A stretch of DNA of 64,000 bases from Elainellaceae cyanobacterium (GCA_050331615.1 JBHJGR010000003.1:2515-66514), one strand, 5' to 3'; shown: positions 28,251 to 37,414, counted from the first letter of the stretch. The notes: a model not told the origin generated them from the letters alone. A program made the numbers and translations.

Positions 28251-29351
28251 ATGACTGCTTCCCCCGCCGACCAACCCCATCCCCCCGATCCTGCCCTCAA
28301 CGCCGACGACCTTCTACGCTCCCTCCGCCGCAAGGAGGGCAACTGGGTGTCCTGGGGAGAAGCCTGCCTACAGCTACAGAAAGCGGGCTACAGTCCCCAG
28401 CAGATTTTTGAGGAAACGGGCTTTGAACCCGTGCAGCAAAACCAGATTGGAGTAGCTGCCCAGGTGTTTGCCTCAATCACGGCAACGGGTATTCCAGAGG
28501 GGGTGCGATCGCACTTCGAGCAGCGGGGCAGCGACACCCTCTACGAGTTCCGCATCCTCACCCAAACCGAGCGGGCGGCGGCGGCGACCCTCTGCCTTGA
28601 GAAGGGCATTGACTCGGAGGGGGCACGGGAGGTGGCCCGCGCCATCAAAGATTTCTCCCGATTCACCACGCCGCCAGAAGGGTTCCAATCTTTTGCCGAC
28701 CATCCGGGGGACGCGATCGCCTATCACTACTGGAAACTCGCCCGCCAGCAGTCGGATCTCCAGATGCGATCGCGCCTGATTGCCTCCGGCCTGCGGTTTG
28801 CTGAAAGCGACTCGGCCCGCACGCGATTGGAAACGTTGCTCACCGACTTCTCGGTAACACGCCAGCGACGCCAGCCCCTGCTGCCGGCCTATCGCCCCGA
28901 CTCCGAGGAAGAGGTGCCCCGAGTGGTGCCCGTAGCGGGTCGACTGCCCCTGACGGCGGCGGACGTGAAAGCCGTCCCCTTGTTGGAGGAGACGGGAGAC
29001 TTCCATATCGTCACCGCAGGCGGTGCGGCGGGCATGGGGGCGTGGGTGGCCTTTCCCGGCTGGCAGGTGGTGTGGCTGGCGGAGGATCCCGTCGCTATTC
29101 TGGCGGACAGTGACCAGTTGCCGGTAAACTCGGCGCGATCGGAGGAGGTGATGGTGCTGGTGGATCGGACCCAGCGGCAGTGGAATCCCGACAGCTATTT
29201 CCTCGCCGAGCAGGGCGGTCACCTCCAGGTGCTCTGGCTGGAGGAAGAACCCGCCGATTTGCCCCTGCTGGGACGGGTGCTGCTGGTGCTGCGGCCTCGC
29301 CAGGTGATCGACGAAAACCTCAGTCGCGATCCCTGGCAGGTTGAAGAATAA
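28251..29351 (+). CDS. Conserved hypothetical protein with an N-terminal helix-turn-helix-like helical domain and a C-terminal beta domain; possibly RuBisCO accumulation factor 1 (Raf1)-like
   Basis: 366 aa with an ATG start. The size and the helical-N plus beta-C layout fit Raf1. This identification is from memory only and no catalytic motif is expected. Confidence 0.4.
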   Translation: MTASPADQPHPPDPALNADDLLRSLRRKEGNWVSWGEACLQLQKAGYSPQQIFEETGFEPVQQNQIGVAAQVFASITATGIPEGVRSHFEQRGSDTLYEFRILTQTERAAAATLCLEKGIDSEGAREVARAIKDFSRFTTPPEGFQSFADHPGDAIAYHYWKLARQQSDLQMRSRLIASGLRFAESDSARTRLETLLTDFSVTRQRRQPLLPAYRPDSEEEVPRVVPVAGRLPLTAADVKAVPLLEETGDFHIVTAGGAAGMGAWVAFPGWQVVWLAEDPVAILADSDQLPVNSARSEEVMVLVDRTQRQWNPDSYFLAEQGGHLQVLWLEEEPADLPLLGRVLLVLRPRQVIDENLSRDPWQVEE

Positions 29352-29359
29352 AATGTCTC

Positions 29360-29809
29360 CTACAGCCGTAGGGAGGCGGCCATTTTGTCCAATTCAGCGC
29401 GAGACAGCTCCGGAACGTTCTTCAGGTGAAAGCGCACCTCGCCGTCTTCTACGTAGGCCCGGTGCTTGTGCATGATATCGAGGGGGTCATACTGCGGCAG
29501 GACGTGCAGATGAGCGTGGGCAACCCCGAATCCATGTACCACCATGCCCACCCGCAGCGGCTGGTAGACCTCCCTGATCCTGCGCCCGATGCGCTGGGCT
29601 ACTACCATGATTTGGGCCGCCAGCGGATTGGGAATGTCCGTGAAGTGGTCGATGTGCGCCCTGGGAATGACCAGACACGCCCCCGGATACACCGGATGGA
29701 TGGGAATGATGGCCATGAGGGATTTATCTTCGTAGACCACGCTGGCGGGAGCCTGGTGGTGGGCGATCGCACAAAACGGGCATGGCTCGGCGGACATATC
29801 CATGGGCAT
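29360..29809 (-). CDS. HIT-family (histidine triad) nucleotide hydrolase/transferase
   Basis: The histidine triad is HAHLHVLPQ. The start was set at the ATG at 29809; the track TTG is at 29827. An N-terminal CPFC motif is present. Confidence 0.85.
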   Translation of the reverse strand: MPMDMSAEPCPFCAIAHHQAPASVVYEDKSLMAIIPIHPVYPGACLVIPRAHIDHFTDIPNPLAAQIMVVAQRIGRRIREVYQPLRVGMVVHGFGVAHAHLHVLPQYDPLDIMHKHRAYVEDGEVRFHLKNVPELSRAELDKMAASLRL

Positions 29810-29932
29810 CTCCTGTATTCCAGGCAACTCACTATCCGTATTTAAACGTCAATACGGATTGTTTCCATGTATGGAAGATGCCATCGCTCCAAATTTCTCT
29901 CGGCTTTTGGGAGGGGTTGGTCTTGAGAATCA

Positions 29933-29966
29933 ACCGTAGGGGCAAATGGCCATTTGCCCCTACGGG
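29933..29966. terminator. Perfect palindrome CCGTAGGGGCAAATGGC|CATTTGCCCCTACGG (hairpin family 2) just downstream of the peptidoglycan-binding-domain gene
   Basis: A 16-bp perfect inverted repeat read directly. Further copies are at 46435 and 48624. Confidence 0.5.
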
Positions 29967-29996
29967 GTTTGGGCGTTGGGTTTAGGACGGACGGCA

Positions 29997-30401
29997 TTAG
30001 AGAATTCCGTCGTCTTCGTTGTCGAATTGGCCTTCATTGTCGAAGATGCCTTCGTCTTCGTCGCTGGCATCGTCATCAAAAACACCGTCTTCATCGAATA
30101 GACCGTCATCGATTTGTTCCGGGTCATCCACGGTTTCATCGATTTCATTCCCAACATCATCGACGGTGGTGTCGATCGCCTCGCCCGCGTCATCCACGGT
30201 TTCATCGATTTCATTGCCGACATCGTCAAAGGTCTCTCCGGCCTCGTCGATGATGCCGCTGTCGGCCATCTCCTCAAAGGTTTCGTAGCCAATGATGCCG
30301 TCCGCCCGCAGGTCGTTATCGCGCTGGTATTGGACCACAGCCTGCTGGGTCAGGGGGCCATAGATGCCGTCGATTGGCCCCACGGCATAGCCTTCTTCCA
30401 T
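29997..30401 (-). CDS. Peptidoglycan-binding-domain (PG_binding_1-like) protein with a highly acidic repetitive C-terminal tail
   Basis: The peptidoglycan-binding motif is YAVGPIDGIYGPLTQQAVVQYQRDNDLRADGIIG. The tail is made of VDD(A/V)G(N/E)EIDETVDD repeats. The start was set at the ATG at 30401. The track ORF extends to 30572 and would then abut the divergent purB start, so the true start is uncertain. Confidence 0.55.
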   Translation of the reverse strand: MEEGYAVGPIDGIYGPLTQQAVVQYQRDNDLRADGIIGYETFEEMADSGIIDEAGETFDDVGNEIDETVDDAGEAIDTTVDDVGNEIDETVDDPEQIDDGLFDEDGVFDDDASDEDEGIFDNEGQFDNEDDGIL

Positions 30402-30573
30402 AAAAAGTATTCTTAACACTGTCTTAACGTTGATTCTCCCGGTTTCCCATCGGTCAGCGGTGGGAAGCCCCGTTTTACCTGGGACAGACTTTGTCTTCCC
30501 TCCAGGTAGCCATTGATCAACGTTCGTCCCACGGAGGTTATAGAATAGAGCGGTCGTGTTTTGAGACAGCACC

Positions 30574-31869
30574 TTGATTGAGCGCTACACCTTGCCCGCC
30601 ATGGGCGACCTGTGGACGGATGAGTACAAGCTAAAGACCTGGCTGGCGGTTGAGATTGCCGTCTGTGAGGCCCAGGCCGATTTAGGCTATATTCCCGCTG
30701 AAGCCGTTGAGGAAATTCGGGCAACCGCTAATTTTGACCCCCAGCGGGTGCTGGAAATCGAGCAGGAAGTGCGCCACGATGTCATTGCCTTTCTCACCAA
30801 CGTGAACGAGTATGTCGGCGATGCCGGGCGCTACATCCACCTGGGCATGACCAGCTCTGACATGCTGGACACCGCCCTGGCGCTCCAGCTGGTGGCCAGT
30901 CTGGAGGTGCTGCTGGCCCAGCTGGAACAGTTGAGTCAGGCTATTCGCTACCAGGCCCAGCAGCACCGCTACACGGTGATGATTGGTCGCTCCCACGGCA
31001 TCCACGCCGAGCCGATTACCTTTGGCTTTAAGCTGGCGGGCTGGCTAGCGGAGGTGCTGCGCCATCGCGATCGCCTCTGTGCCGTCCGCCAAAGTGTCGC
31101 CGTGGGCAAAATTTCCGGCGCGGTGGGCACCTACGCCAACATTGGTCCCGAGGTGGAGGAACTCACCTGTCAAAAGCTGGGACTCCAGCCCGACGCTGCT
31201 TCTACCCAGGTGGTGTCGCGCGATCGCCACGCCGAATTTCTCCAGGCCCTGGCCTTGCTGGCGGCGTCCTTGGAGCGCTTTGCTGTGGAGATTCGCAACC
31301 TCCAGCGCACCGATGTACTGGAAGTGGAGGAGTACTTCGCCAAAGGCCAGAAAGGGTCCTCCGCCATGCCCCACAAGCGCAATCCGGTGCGATCGGAGCG
31401 GATTTCGGGACTGGCGCGGATTATTCGCGGGCATGCGATCGCCGCCCTGGAAAACGTGGCCCTCTGGCACGAGCGAGACATCTCCCACAGCTCCGTGGAG
31501 CGGGTGATCTTCCCCGATGCCTGCATCCTCACCCACTATCTGCTGGTGGAGTCCACCGACTTAATCAAACATCTGCAGGTCTACCCCGACAACATGCAGC
31601 GCAACATGAACGTGTATGGTGGCGTGGTCTTCAGTCAGCGGGTGCTGCTGACCCTGGTAGATAAGGGTATGAGCCGGGAAGACGCCTACCGGGTGGTGCA
31701 GTCCTGCGCCCACGAAGCCTGGAACCAGCCCGACGGCAACTTCCGGGGGCTGATCGAGGCGCATCCGGAGGTAACCCAGCGACTTTCACCAGAGGAAATC
31801 GCTGCCTGCTTTGACCCTAACCACCATTTGCGCAACCTGGAGCGGGTGTATGAGCGGTTAAATATTTGA
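30574..31869 (+). CDS. purB: Adenylosuccinate lyase
   Basis: 431 aa. The N-terminus MIERYTLPAMGDLWTDEYKLKTWL is near-identical to Bacillus PurB, and the signature is GSSAMPHKRNP. The start codon is TTG. Confidence 0.93.
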   Translation: MIERYTLPAMGDLWTDEYKLKTWLAVEIAVCEAQADLGYIPAEAVEEIRATANFDPQRVLEIEQEVRHDVIAFLTNVNEYVGDAGRYIHLGMTSSDMLDTALALQLVASLEVLLAQLEQLSQAIRYQAQQHRYTVMIGRSHGIHAEPITFGFKLAGWLAEVLRHRDRLCAVRQSVAVGKISGAVGTYANIGPEVEELTCQKLGLQPDAASTQVVSRDRHAEFLQALALLAASLERFAVEIRNLQRTDVLEVEEYFAKGQKGSSAMPHKRNPVRSERISGLARIIRGHAIAALENVALWHERDISHSSVERVIFPDACILTHYLLVESTDLIKHLQVYPDNMQRNMNVYGGVVFSQRVLLTLVDKGMSREDAYRVVQSCAHEAWNQPDGNFRGLIEAHPEVTQRLSPEEIAACFDPNHHLRNLERVYERLNI

Positions 31870-31973
31870 TATTTGAGTTTACTGTCAAAGGCGATCGCCC
31901 CGATACTCTCCGAGCGATCGCCCATTACTGCAACTAAGCAGCTAAGTAGGTGGTCATAATTAAACGTAGCTAT

Positions 31974-32009
31974 GGTGGGGTGCGCCCCCCGGCGGGTGGC
32001 GCACCCCAC
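31974..32009. terminator. Strong GC hairpin (GGTGGGGTGCGCC-loop-GGCGCACCCCAC, 12-bp stem) between convergent purB and the phosphoesterase gene
   Basis: Read directly. It is immediately followed by MITE copy 5. Confidence 0.45.
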
Positions 32010-32100
32010 TGTCTCTTATGGCCATAAGGGCTAAGGTTTAAGTTTGGAACCCCCGCGCCGCGGGGGTTCCAAACCTCTTGAATGTCCTAACGCGAAGGCG
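32010..32100 (+). repeat. MITE/REP-like element, copy 5
   Basis: ccataagggctaaggtttaagtttggaacccccgcgccgcgggggttccaaacctcttgaatgtcctaacgcgaaggcgtagcgccatat. Confidence 0.85.
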
Positions 32101-32125
32101 TAGCGCCATATTTGTGGCTATGTAC

Positions 32126-34804
32126 TTAAACAGCGGTGTAAACCAAGTCGGTAATCGCGCCGCTTTCAACGAGGGTGACGTCTACGCGACTCACGCCGTC
32201 AAGACCGATCTCGACCGTGCCAGCTTGGTTACCGCCGGTGACTGTGGTCTCCAAGACACCGAGCACAGAGCCAGCCTCATCGTACGCGATGATCGTGCCA
32301 ACTCTCTCGATGTCGAAGACGCCAATGCTCTCCAGGGTCACAAGTTCATCGAAGGTGAACTCGAAGGTGCCGCCGTTGGCGTTATCGTCAGGGTCAGTGC
32401 TGTCGCCGTCTTCAGACAGAATCAGTATATTGCCCAGGATGTCGCTGGCCAGATCGTCGTCACCACCAGTAGGGTTAGCCGTGTCGAAAATCATGGCTTC
32501 TGGGCCGCTCGTTGCAACGGTGAGACCGGTTAACTGGTCTGTGACCACGCTGCCTGACTCTAAGCCTTCACCCTCAAAATCAATCGTAACTGCCTCGTCC
32601 TCTAGCAGGGCATCAACGCGAGCGTCTCCGACATCAGCACCCGTCAAGTCAGACAGACCCAGCGCCTCTGCAAACTCAGGAGCTAAGAGCAAGTCCGCCT
32701 CCGCGATGGTCAGCTCAGCGTCAGTGGTTTCTACAACACCAGGGGCACCGATGTCGAACAGGATGTCCAGATCGTTACCTTCAACGGTGTCAGCCACGAA
32801 AAATCCGCTAGCCGCCCCAGAGACGCGACCTGCATCGAAGCCAATGGAGAAGTTGCCTACGGTAATAGCGTCGTTGAACGTGATAGTGCCATCATGCTCA
32901 ATCGTGCCGCCAGCGGGAGCAAACGGCTCAGCCGTGAAGCTGAGATCGGTTTCGTCATTGATGGCAAAGCCGACTTGGAAATCCTCCGAGAAGGGTGCAG
33001 CCTCGCTGTCAACTCCTGTCAGAACCAGACCAGTCGCCGACTCAATCAAGTCCAGGTCGAGGAATACGCTGGTCACGCCAGACTCGACCAAAAATTCCTC
33101 AGGTACAGGACTCGTAGCGATTCCATCGGCATTGATTTGTAGGGTGATTTCGTCACCATACACCCGCCGCTCCGTATCGACCAGCTCATAGTTGGAGTCT
33201 AGGATTGGAAAGCTGTAGACCGGCGTAAACGTGACCTGCGCAACGCCATCTTCACCATCTAGCCGTTGAACGTTGACTTCCAGATGTCCGTAATGCTTAC
33301 CTCCGGCAACGTTTTGCAGGACGCCGTCTACTTCTGCCCACAGCTCCGGCTCATCCTGATCCGCAGTCCACTGGCTAAAGGCGTTGTAGTTGAGGAGATT
33401 ACCATCGGCATCAGTGCGCTGGCCCCGCATGCCATCGCCAGCAACCCCCACATCGTAGTAAAACACCCCCGTACCATCGCCGTCCTCATCGACGAAGCTG
33501 CGCTCAAACATCTCGCTGTGTCCAGAGAAAACAGCGACGACGCCATACTCTTCAAATAGTGGATGGTACTGACGCAGCGGCGTTCCCCCCTGGCCTGAGG
33601 AATCCTCGTGGTTCATCGGTAGGCCGTGGGTGCCGCTGGAGTAAGGCACATGGTGAAACTGAGCAAAGATCATTTGTCCGTCTGCTCGGGCATCTTCCAG
33701 TTGCTCAATCACCCAATTCCATTGAGTGCTGCCGGGGTTGAAGTCTGCCAAATCGGTCCCACCTTCAGCTTCATACTGCTCGCGGGTGAAGTTTTCCTGG
33801 GTGTCGGTTCCCGGTCCGGTAAATTCCTGACCGCTGATTTGGGGGGGTTGACCTTCGCCCCCATAGTTACCCCGGCTATCATCCGGCTCACCATTGGAAC
33901 TGTCGAGGGTAAGAATAGTGACAGGGCCATAGTCAATTCGGTAGTAGTTGTCCTGATGTTCAGGGGTGCCGTTTTCTGGGGCATCAAAATAGACGCCAAA
34001 CTTCTGGCGACCGACCAAGGGTCCGAAACGGCCATCAGCATCGGTGCCATAGCCGCCGTTGAGCGCACCAAAGTTTTCCCAGTTACCCAGGGCCGGTAGA
34101 ATTGGATACTCCGACAGCCCGCTATCAAATTCACCAGCGTTGTGGCGGAAAAACTCGTCCCAAGCCGGCTGATAACCGCCTCCCTGGATTAAGTCTCCTG
34201 GCATAACGAGAAAATCTGGGTTACGGCTGTTGATAATCTCCAGGTTGTTGAGGTAGCCCGTGGCTTCAGTCAGGGGGTAGTTGAGGCGATCGCCAGAAAC
34301 TCCCAACGTCTCTGCCCAAAGACTGCCATCCGCGGAAGGCCGCGGCAGGGAGTCGGCATCTAGCGCCCCCTGCTGCCAATCCCGACGCCGGACGCGACCG
34401 AGGGGCTCTGTTTCACTGTCTGAGAGCGCCACAAAGCGAATGTGCTCCCAGTCGTCAGCCGTGGGGGCAGTGGTGAAACTGGATTCAAACACCTGACCGT
34501 CTACTGTCACGGTGTAGGTGTAGGTGCTATCGGGTAGGAGACCGCTGACATCAACCGTGTGCTTATAGTTGTCATTCCCCAACAACCAGGAACCTTGTTC
34601 TAAGCCAGTGATCTCTTGATTGAGTTCAGCATCGGTGTAGCTTAGCAGCGGTTCAAAGGTTGGTTCAGTGGAAAAGGTGAGAGGAGTGTCTAAACCTGGT
34701 CCTGAAATGGATACGTCACCGGATGCATCGGTCTCACTGAACCAAGTAATGTACATGCCATTACTGGATGGCTGTTGCAGGTAAGGATTAACGCGGAATG
34801 ACAT
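32126..34804 (-). CDS. Large calcineurin-like metallophosphoesterase (purple-acid-phosphatase-type N-terminal domain) with a ~400-aa acidic, Gly/Asp/Thr-rich C-terminal region
   Basis: 892 aa with an ATG start. The N-terminus has a PAP-like beta domain (RVNPYLQQPSSNGMYITWFSE). Metallophos motifs are present (VALSDSE, GDLIQGGG, GNWENF, FAQFHHVPYSSGTHG). There is no N-terminal signal peptide. The C-terminal 400 aa are low-pI and beta-rich. Confidence 0.7.
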   Translation of the reverse strand: MSFRVNPYLQQPSSNGMYITWFSETDASGDVSISGPGLDTPLTFSTEPTFEPLLSYTDAELNQEITGLEQGSWLLGNDNYKHTVDVSGLLPDSTYTYTVTVDGQVFESSFTTAPTADDWEHIRFVALSDSETEPLGRVRRRDWQQGALDADSLPRPSADGSLWAETLGVSGDRLNYPLTEATGYLNNLEIINSRNPDFLVMPGDLIQGGGYQPAWDEFFRHNAGEFDSGLSEYPILPALGNWENFGALNGGYGTDADGRFGPLVGRQKFGVYFDAPENGTPEHQDNYYRIDYGPVTILTLDSSNGEPDDSRGNYGGEGQPPQISGQEFTGPGTDTQENFTREQYEAEGGTDLADFNPGSTQWNWVIEQLEDARADGQMIFAQFHHVPYSSGTHGLPMNHEDSSGQGGTPLRQYHPLFEEYGVVAVFSGHSEMFERSFVDEDGDGTGVFYYDVGVAGDGMRGQRTDADGNLLNYNAFSQWTADQDEPELWAEVDGVLQNVAGGKHYGHLEVNVQRLDGEDGVAQVTFTPVYSFPILDSNYELVDTERRVYGDEITLQINADGIATSPVPEEFLVESGVTSVFLDLDLIESATGLVLTGVDSEAAPFSEDFQVGFAINDETDLSFTAEPFAPAGGTIEHDGTITFNDAITVGNFSIGFDAGRVSGAASGFFVADTVEGNDLDILFDIGAPGVVETTDAELTIAEADLLLAPEFAEALGLSDLTGADVGDARVDALLEDEAVTIDFEGEGLESGSVVTDQLTGLTVATSGPEAMIFDTANPTGGDDDLASDILGNILILSEDGDSTDPDDNANGGTFEFTFDELVTLESIGVFDIERVGTIIAYDEAGSVLGVLETTVTGGNQAGTVEIGLDGVSRVDVTLVESGAITDLVYTAV

Positions 34805-35375
34805 GATTGAATTCTTTCCTCCGTTAGGGTTGATTGGAGTTGTTCAAATTTCTTTGAAGGCGAATATGAGAAGTTGAGCGCAAGCCAAACTTCAAGGGAA
34901 GATTGAGTTAGGAATAACTTCCTAATCGGAGGGTCTCTCTCAGAAGAACATTGTCTCTTCAGGAACAGAAGAGTTGCAAGTTTCAAGTTAGGCTGCCGAC
35001 TTAAAACGCAGTCCTCAGAACTTATTCAATCTCTGTTCTCAGTAAACTTTTACCTGTTGTGGCTTCGCCGCGACAGCAAGCTAGATGAACAAAAGTTGGT
35101 GTAAACGTGGGGTCCATAGAGTAGAAATTGATGTGAAGCACAGCTGAGCTAATCTCGGATAATGATTAGAGTCGTACATCCTTCTTCCATTGAGGAATGA
35201 AGCGCTCTTCAACTCTCATAACCTTTGCGAGCCTACGATACCATAGTCCTCAGAGAAGAACGTTAAGGTTCGGGGAGATGAAAAGTTAAGGTAGGATAAA
35301 GGTTCTGCCGCTGCGGCTAAGGTCCCAGCAGTGCTTCCACCGCCAGCCACAGGCCAGGAAACCTCGACTGCGATT

Positions 35376-35470
35376 CTAAGTAGAACTGCGTTGAAAAACG
35401 AGGTTAGAAAACCGGGGCGCTCCCCCGGTTTTCTAACATGAATTTAATTGTGCCGACCTACTTATTTCTT
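35376..35470 (-). repeat. Copy B of the ~100-bp inverted-repeat element with the GTTAGAAAACCGGGG...CCCCGGTTTTCTAAC hairpin
   Basis: The reverse complement aligns to 18944..19043 with about 5 mismatches. Confidence 0.85.
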
Positions 35471-35872
35471 GGAGGCACATCCCCAAGAAAACAATTCTGT
35501 TTCACTGCTTAGAGCTTGAACAGCTCGGGTTAGCTCAGCCGCAGCGCGATCGCCCCAGTTCCCCTCCCCCCGCCTGCCAGTATGGAGGATGAAGTGCAGC
35601 GTGTAGGCATGGGCATAGCCTTCGGCCTCTATCCAGAGGCGATCGCTTTCCAGTTCGCAGCTGATCTTTTCCTCATCCATCAGCTCTGTAGCCATGTACG
35701 CCATGGTGTCTGCCAGATCCATAACAAAACGGCACAAGTCCTCCAGCTCAGCTTCCGTTAGCTCTAGGGACCAATCATCGCCACCCACCAAGCCCTTAAA
35801 TTCACTAGCGTCAGGATTCCAGCCGAGCCGCCAACCGTCGCCCTGCTTCAACTGCCGCTTGTTGCTGTGCAT
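35462..35872 (-). CDS. Conserved hypothetical protein (about 136 aa)
   Basis: ATG at 35872 (MHSNKRQLKQGDGWRLGW...); the track GTG is at 35896. Acidic residues dominate and no family was assigned confidently. Confidence 0.45.
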   Translation of the reverse strand: MHSNKRQLKQGDGWRLGWNPDASEFKGLVGGDDWSLELTEAELEDLCRFVMDLADTMAYMATELMDEEKISCELESDRLWIEAEGYAHAYTLHFILHTGRRGEGNWGDRAAAELTRAVQALSSETELFSWGCASKK

Positions 35873-35926
35873 GATTTTTGCCCGTTCGTTCAACACCCTG
35901 GATGGGGGCTACTGCCGTCATCCCAA

Positions 35927-36469
35927 TCATTCCCCAGCAGGGGACGCACTGGCATTGTCGCCATAGACCTCGACCAAAATTTGCACGAGCTGGTCCCGCT
36001 GGGAACGGTTCAGGCTGGAGATAGCGGCAATATCACCGGCTTGGGGATTGTCCTGGAGGTTGTCTGCTCCAGGATAAATGGAGGGCTGCACCCACTCGTT
36101 TGCGCCTAGATAGTCGGCAAGAGTCAGCTTCCAGTCAAACCGATAGACGGGCGATCGCCCCCGCACATAGAGATGGTAGCGAATGAAGCGGCTTGCAAGG
36201 GTGTTTTCGGTGGCCACGTCCCCGGTTTCGCGAAGCTCATAGTGGTTCTCCAGCGGCAAATCGGGCATCTGGGCATAGACGCGAGCCGCAGCTTCGCGAT
36301 CGCCAAGCCGCTGGGCGCGGGCAGGTTGAACCAGCAAGACTCGTGGCAGCCGGAGATTCCCCCCGCGATTCCACTCTAAACCTGCATGAGAGAATACCAG
36401 GCTCACCATCAAAGCAATCATGCTCATCCAGATGAGTCGGCTTGACTGATTAAACCTTTTCTGTGCCAC
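35927..36469 (-). CDS. Hypothetical membrane-anchored protein
   Basis: 180 aa with a GTG start (alternative ATG at 36427). It has an N-terminal signal-anchor (RLIWMSMIALMVSLVF) and is probably in an operon with the preceding gene. Confidence 0.45.
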   Translation of the reverse strand: MAQKRFNQSSRLIWMSMIALMVSLVFSHAGLEWNRGGNLRLPRVLLVQPARAQRLGDREAAARVYAQMPDLPLENHYELRETGDVATENTLASRFIRYHLYVRGRSPVYRFDWKLTLADYLGANEWVQPSIYPGADNLQDNPQAGDIAAISSLNRSQRDQLVQILVEVYGDNASASPAGE

Positions 36470-36525
36470 AGGCTGTCTACTGGAATTTTAGCCGCTAGAA
36501 CTTTGCCTACAGAAATCTAAAGCGT

Positions 36526-36768
36526 CTACTCGCCGATGATTTCGGGCTGAGTTAGCTCATCCGACATTTCGATGACGGCGCGGATGACGGGCTTCATCTT
36601 CGGATCGTCTACGCTGTCGAACTCTTCGTAACGACGACGCTGGGCTCGGTTAGCCACCTGAACGGTGATGCGATAGCGATTAGAAGCAGCACTGACGAGA
36701 TCTTCAGCCCGTCGCATCAGTTGAGCACCATCAACAGCAGAGCGCTTTACACTAGCCAAGGCGAACAT
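36526..36768 (-). CDS. rpoZ: DNA-directed RNA polymerase subunit omega (cyanobacterial type)
   Basis: 80 aa with an ATG start. The motif [24 protein letters not shown] parallels the omega core NRFDLVLVAARRARQ of E. coli. The C-terminal [13 protein letters not shown] is typical of cyanobacterial omega. Confidence 0.7.
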   Translation of the reverse strand: MFALASVKRSAVDGAQLMRRAEDLVSAASNRYRITVQVANRAQRRRYEEFDSVDDPKMKPVIRAVIEMSDELTQPEIIGE

Positions 36769-36954
36769 CCTCTCAAACTCTTCCTACCAGTCTACTGCAG
36801 AAGTCTGGGATAGGGATATAGGTTTTGACTGCCAGACTCCAGCACTCCTTTTGGCAGGGGTAGAAATCTCCGCTAAAATCGGCGGAAAACCGCACCCAGA
36901 CTTGGCTCGCAAATTTGTCACAATGAGAGTGTTAACGAGAGGAGCCGCCTGTCC

Positions 36955-37263
36955 ATGAAAAAAAGGCTTTTTGGGAACGTATTTGCCAACTGGTTTCGCC
37001 AGCTAATCCGCCATCCCCGCTATCGCTGGGTCGTGATTCTAGCCTCAGCTCTATATTTCGTCAGCCCCGTCGATATTTCCCCTGATGTGTTTCCCGTCGT
37101 GGGCTGGATTGATGACGGTTTAATCGCTACGGTTCTGGTAACAGAAGTGTCGCAGCTATTGCTTGAGCGATCGCGCTCCAAAAAAGATCGTCAGGCTGAG
37201 ACCACAGATGCTTCCGCAGCTAACCCGGTAACTTACGACGTGGCTGCAACGGTAGTTGACTAA
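36955..37263 (+). CDS. DUF1232 (YkvA-like) small membrane protein
   Basis: 102 aa. The ATG has GAGAGGAG upstream. The family motif is FVSPVDISPDVFPVVGWIDDGLIA. Confidence 0.6.
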   Translation: MKKRLFGNVFANWFRQLIRHPRYRWVVILASALYFVSPVDISPDVFPVVGWIDDGLIATVLVTEVSQLLLERSRSKKDRQAETTDASAANPVTYDVAATVVD

Positions 37264-37414
37264 GCGAGAAGGGGACAACATTAGAGTTTTGCTCTAGGAA
37301 TTTACCAGCTAACAATTTTCTCTGAAGATGCGCCTTTCAGTTGGAGGGCGTATCGTTCTTATCGATCGGTGGTAAATTAAATCCAATATTCATGATCTGC
37401 CTAGGAATAAAAGC

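Noticed and set aside
32175-33191. 338-aa plus-strand ORF (Ser/Thr/Pro-rich) inside the phosphoesterase gene
   Set aside because: It is antisense to a gene with clear metallophosphatase motifs and has low-complexity composition.
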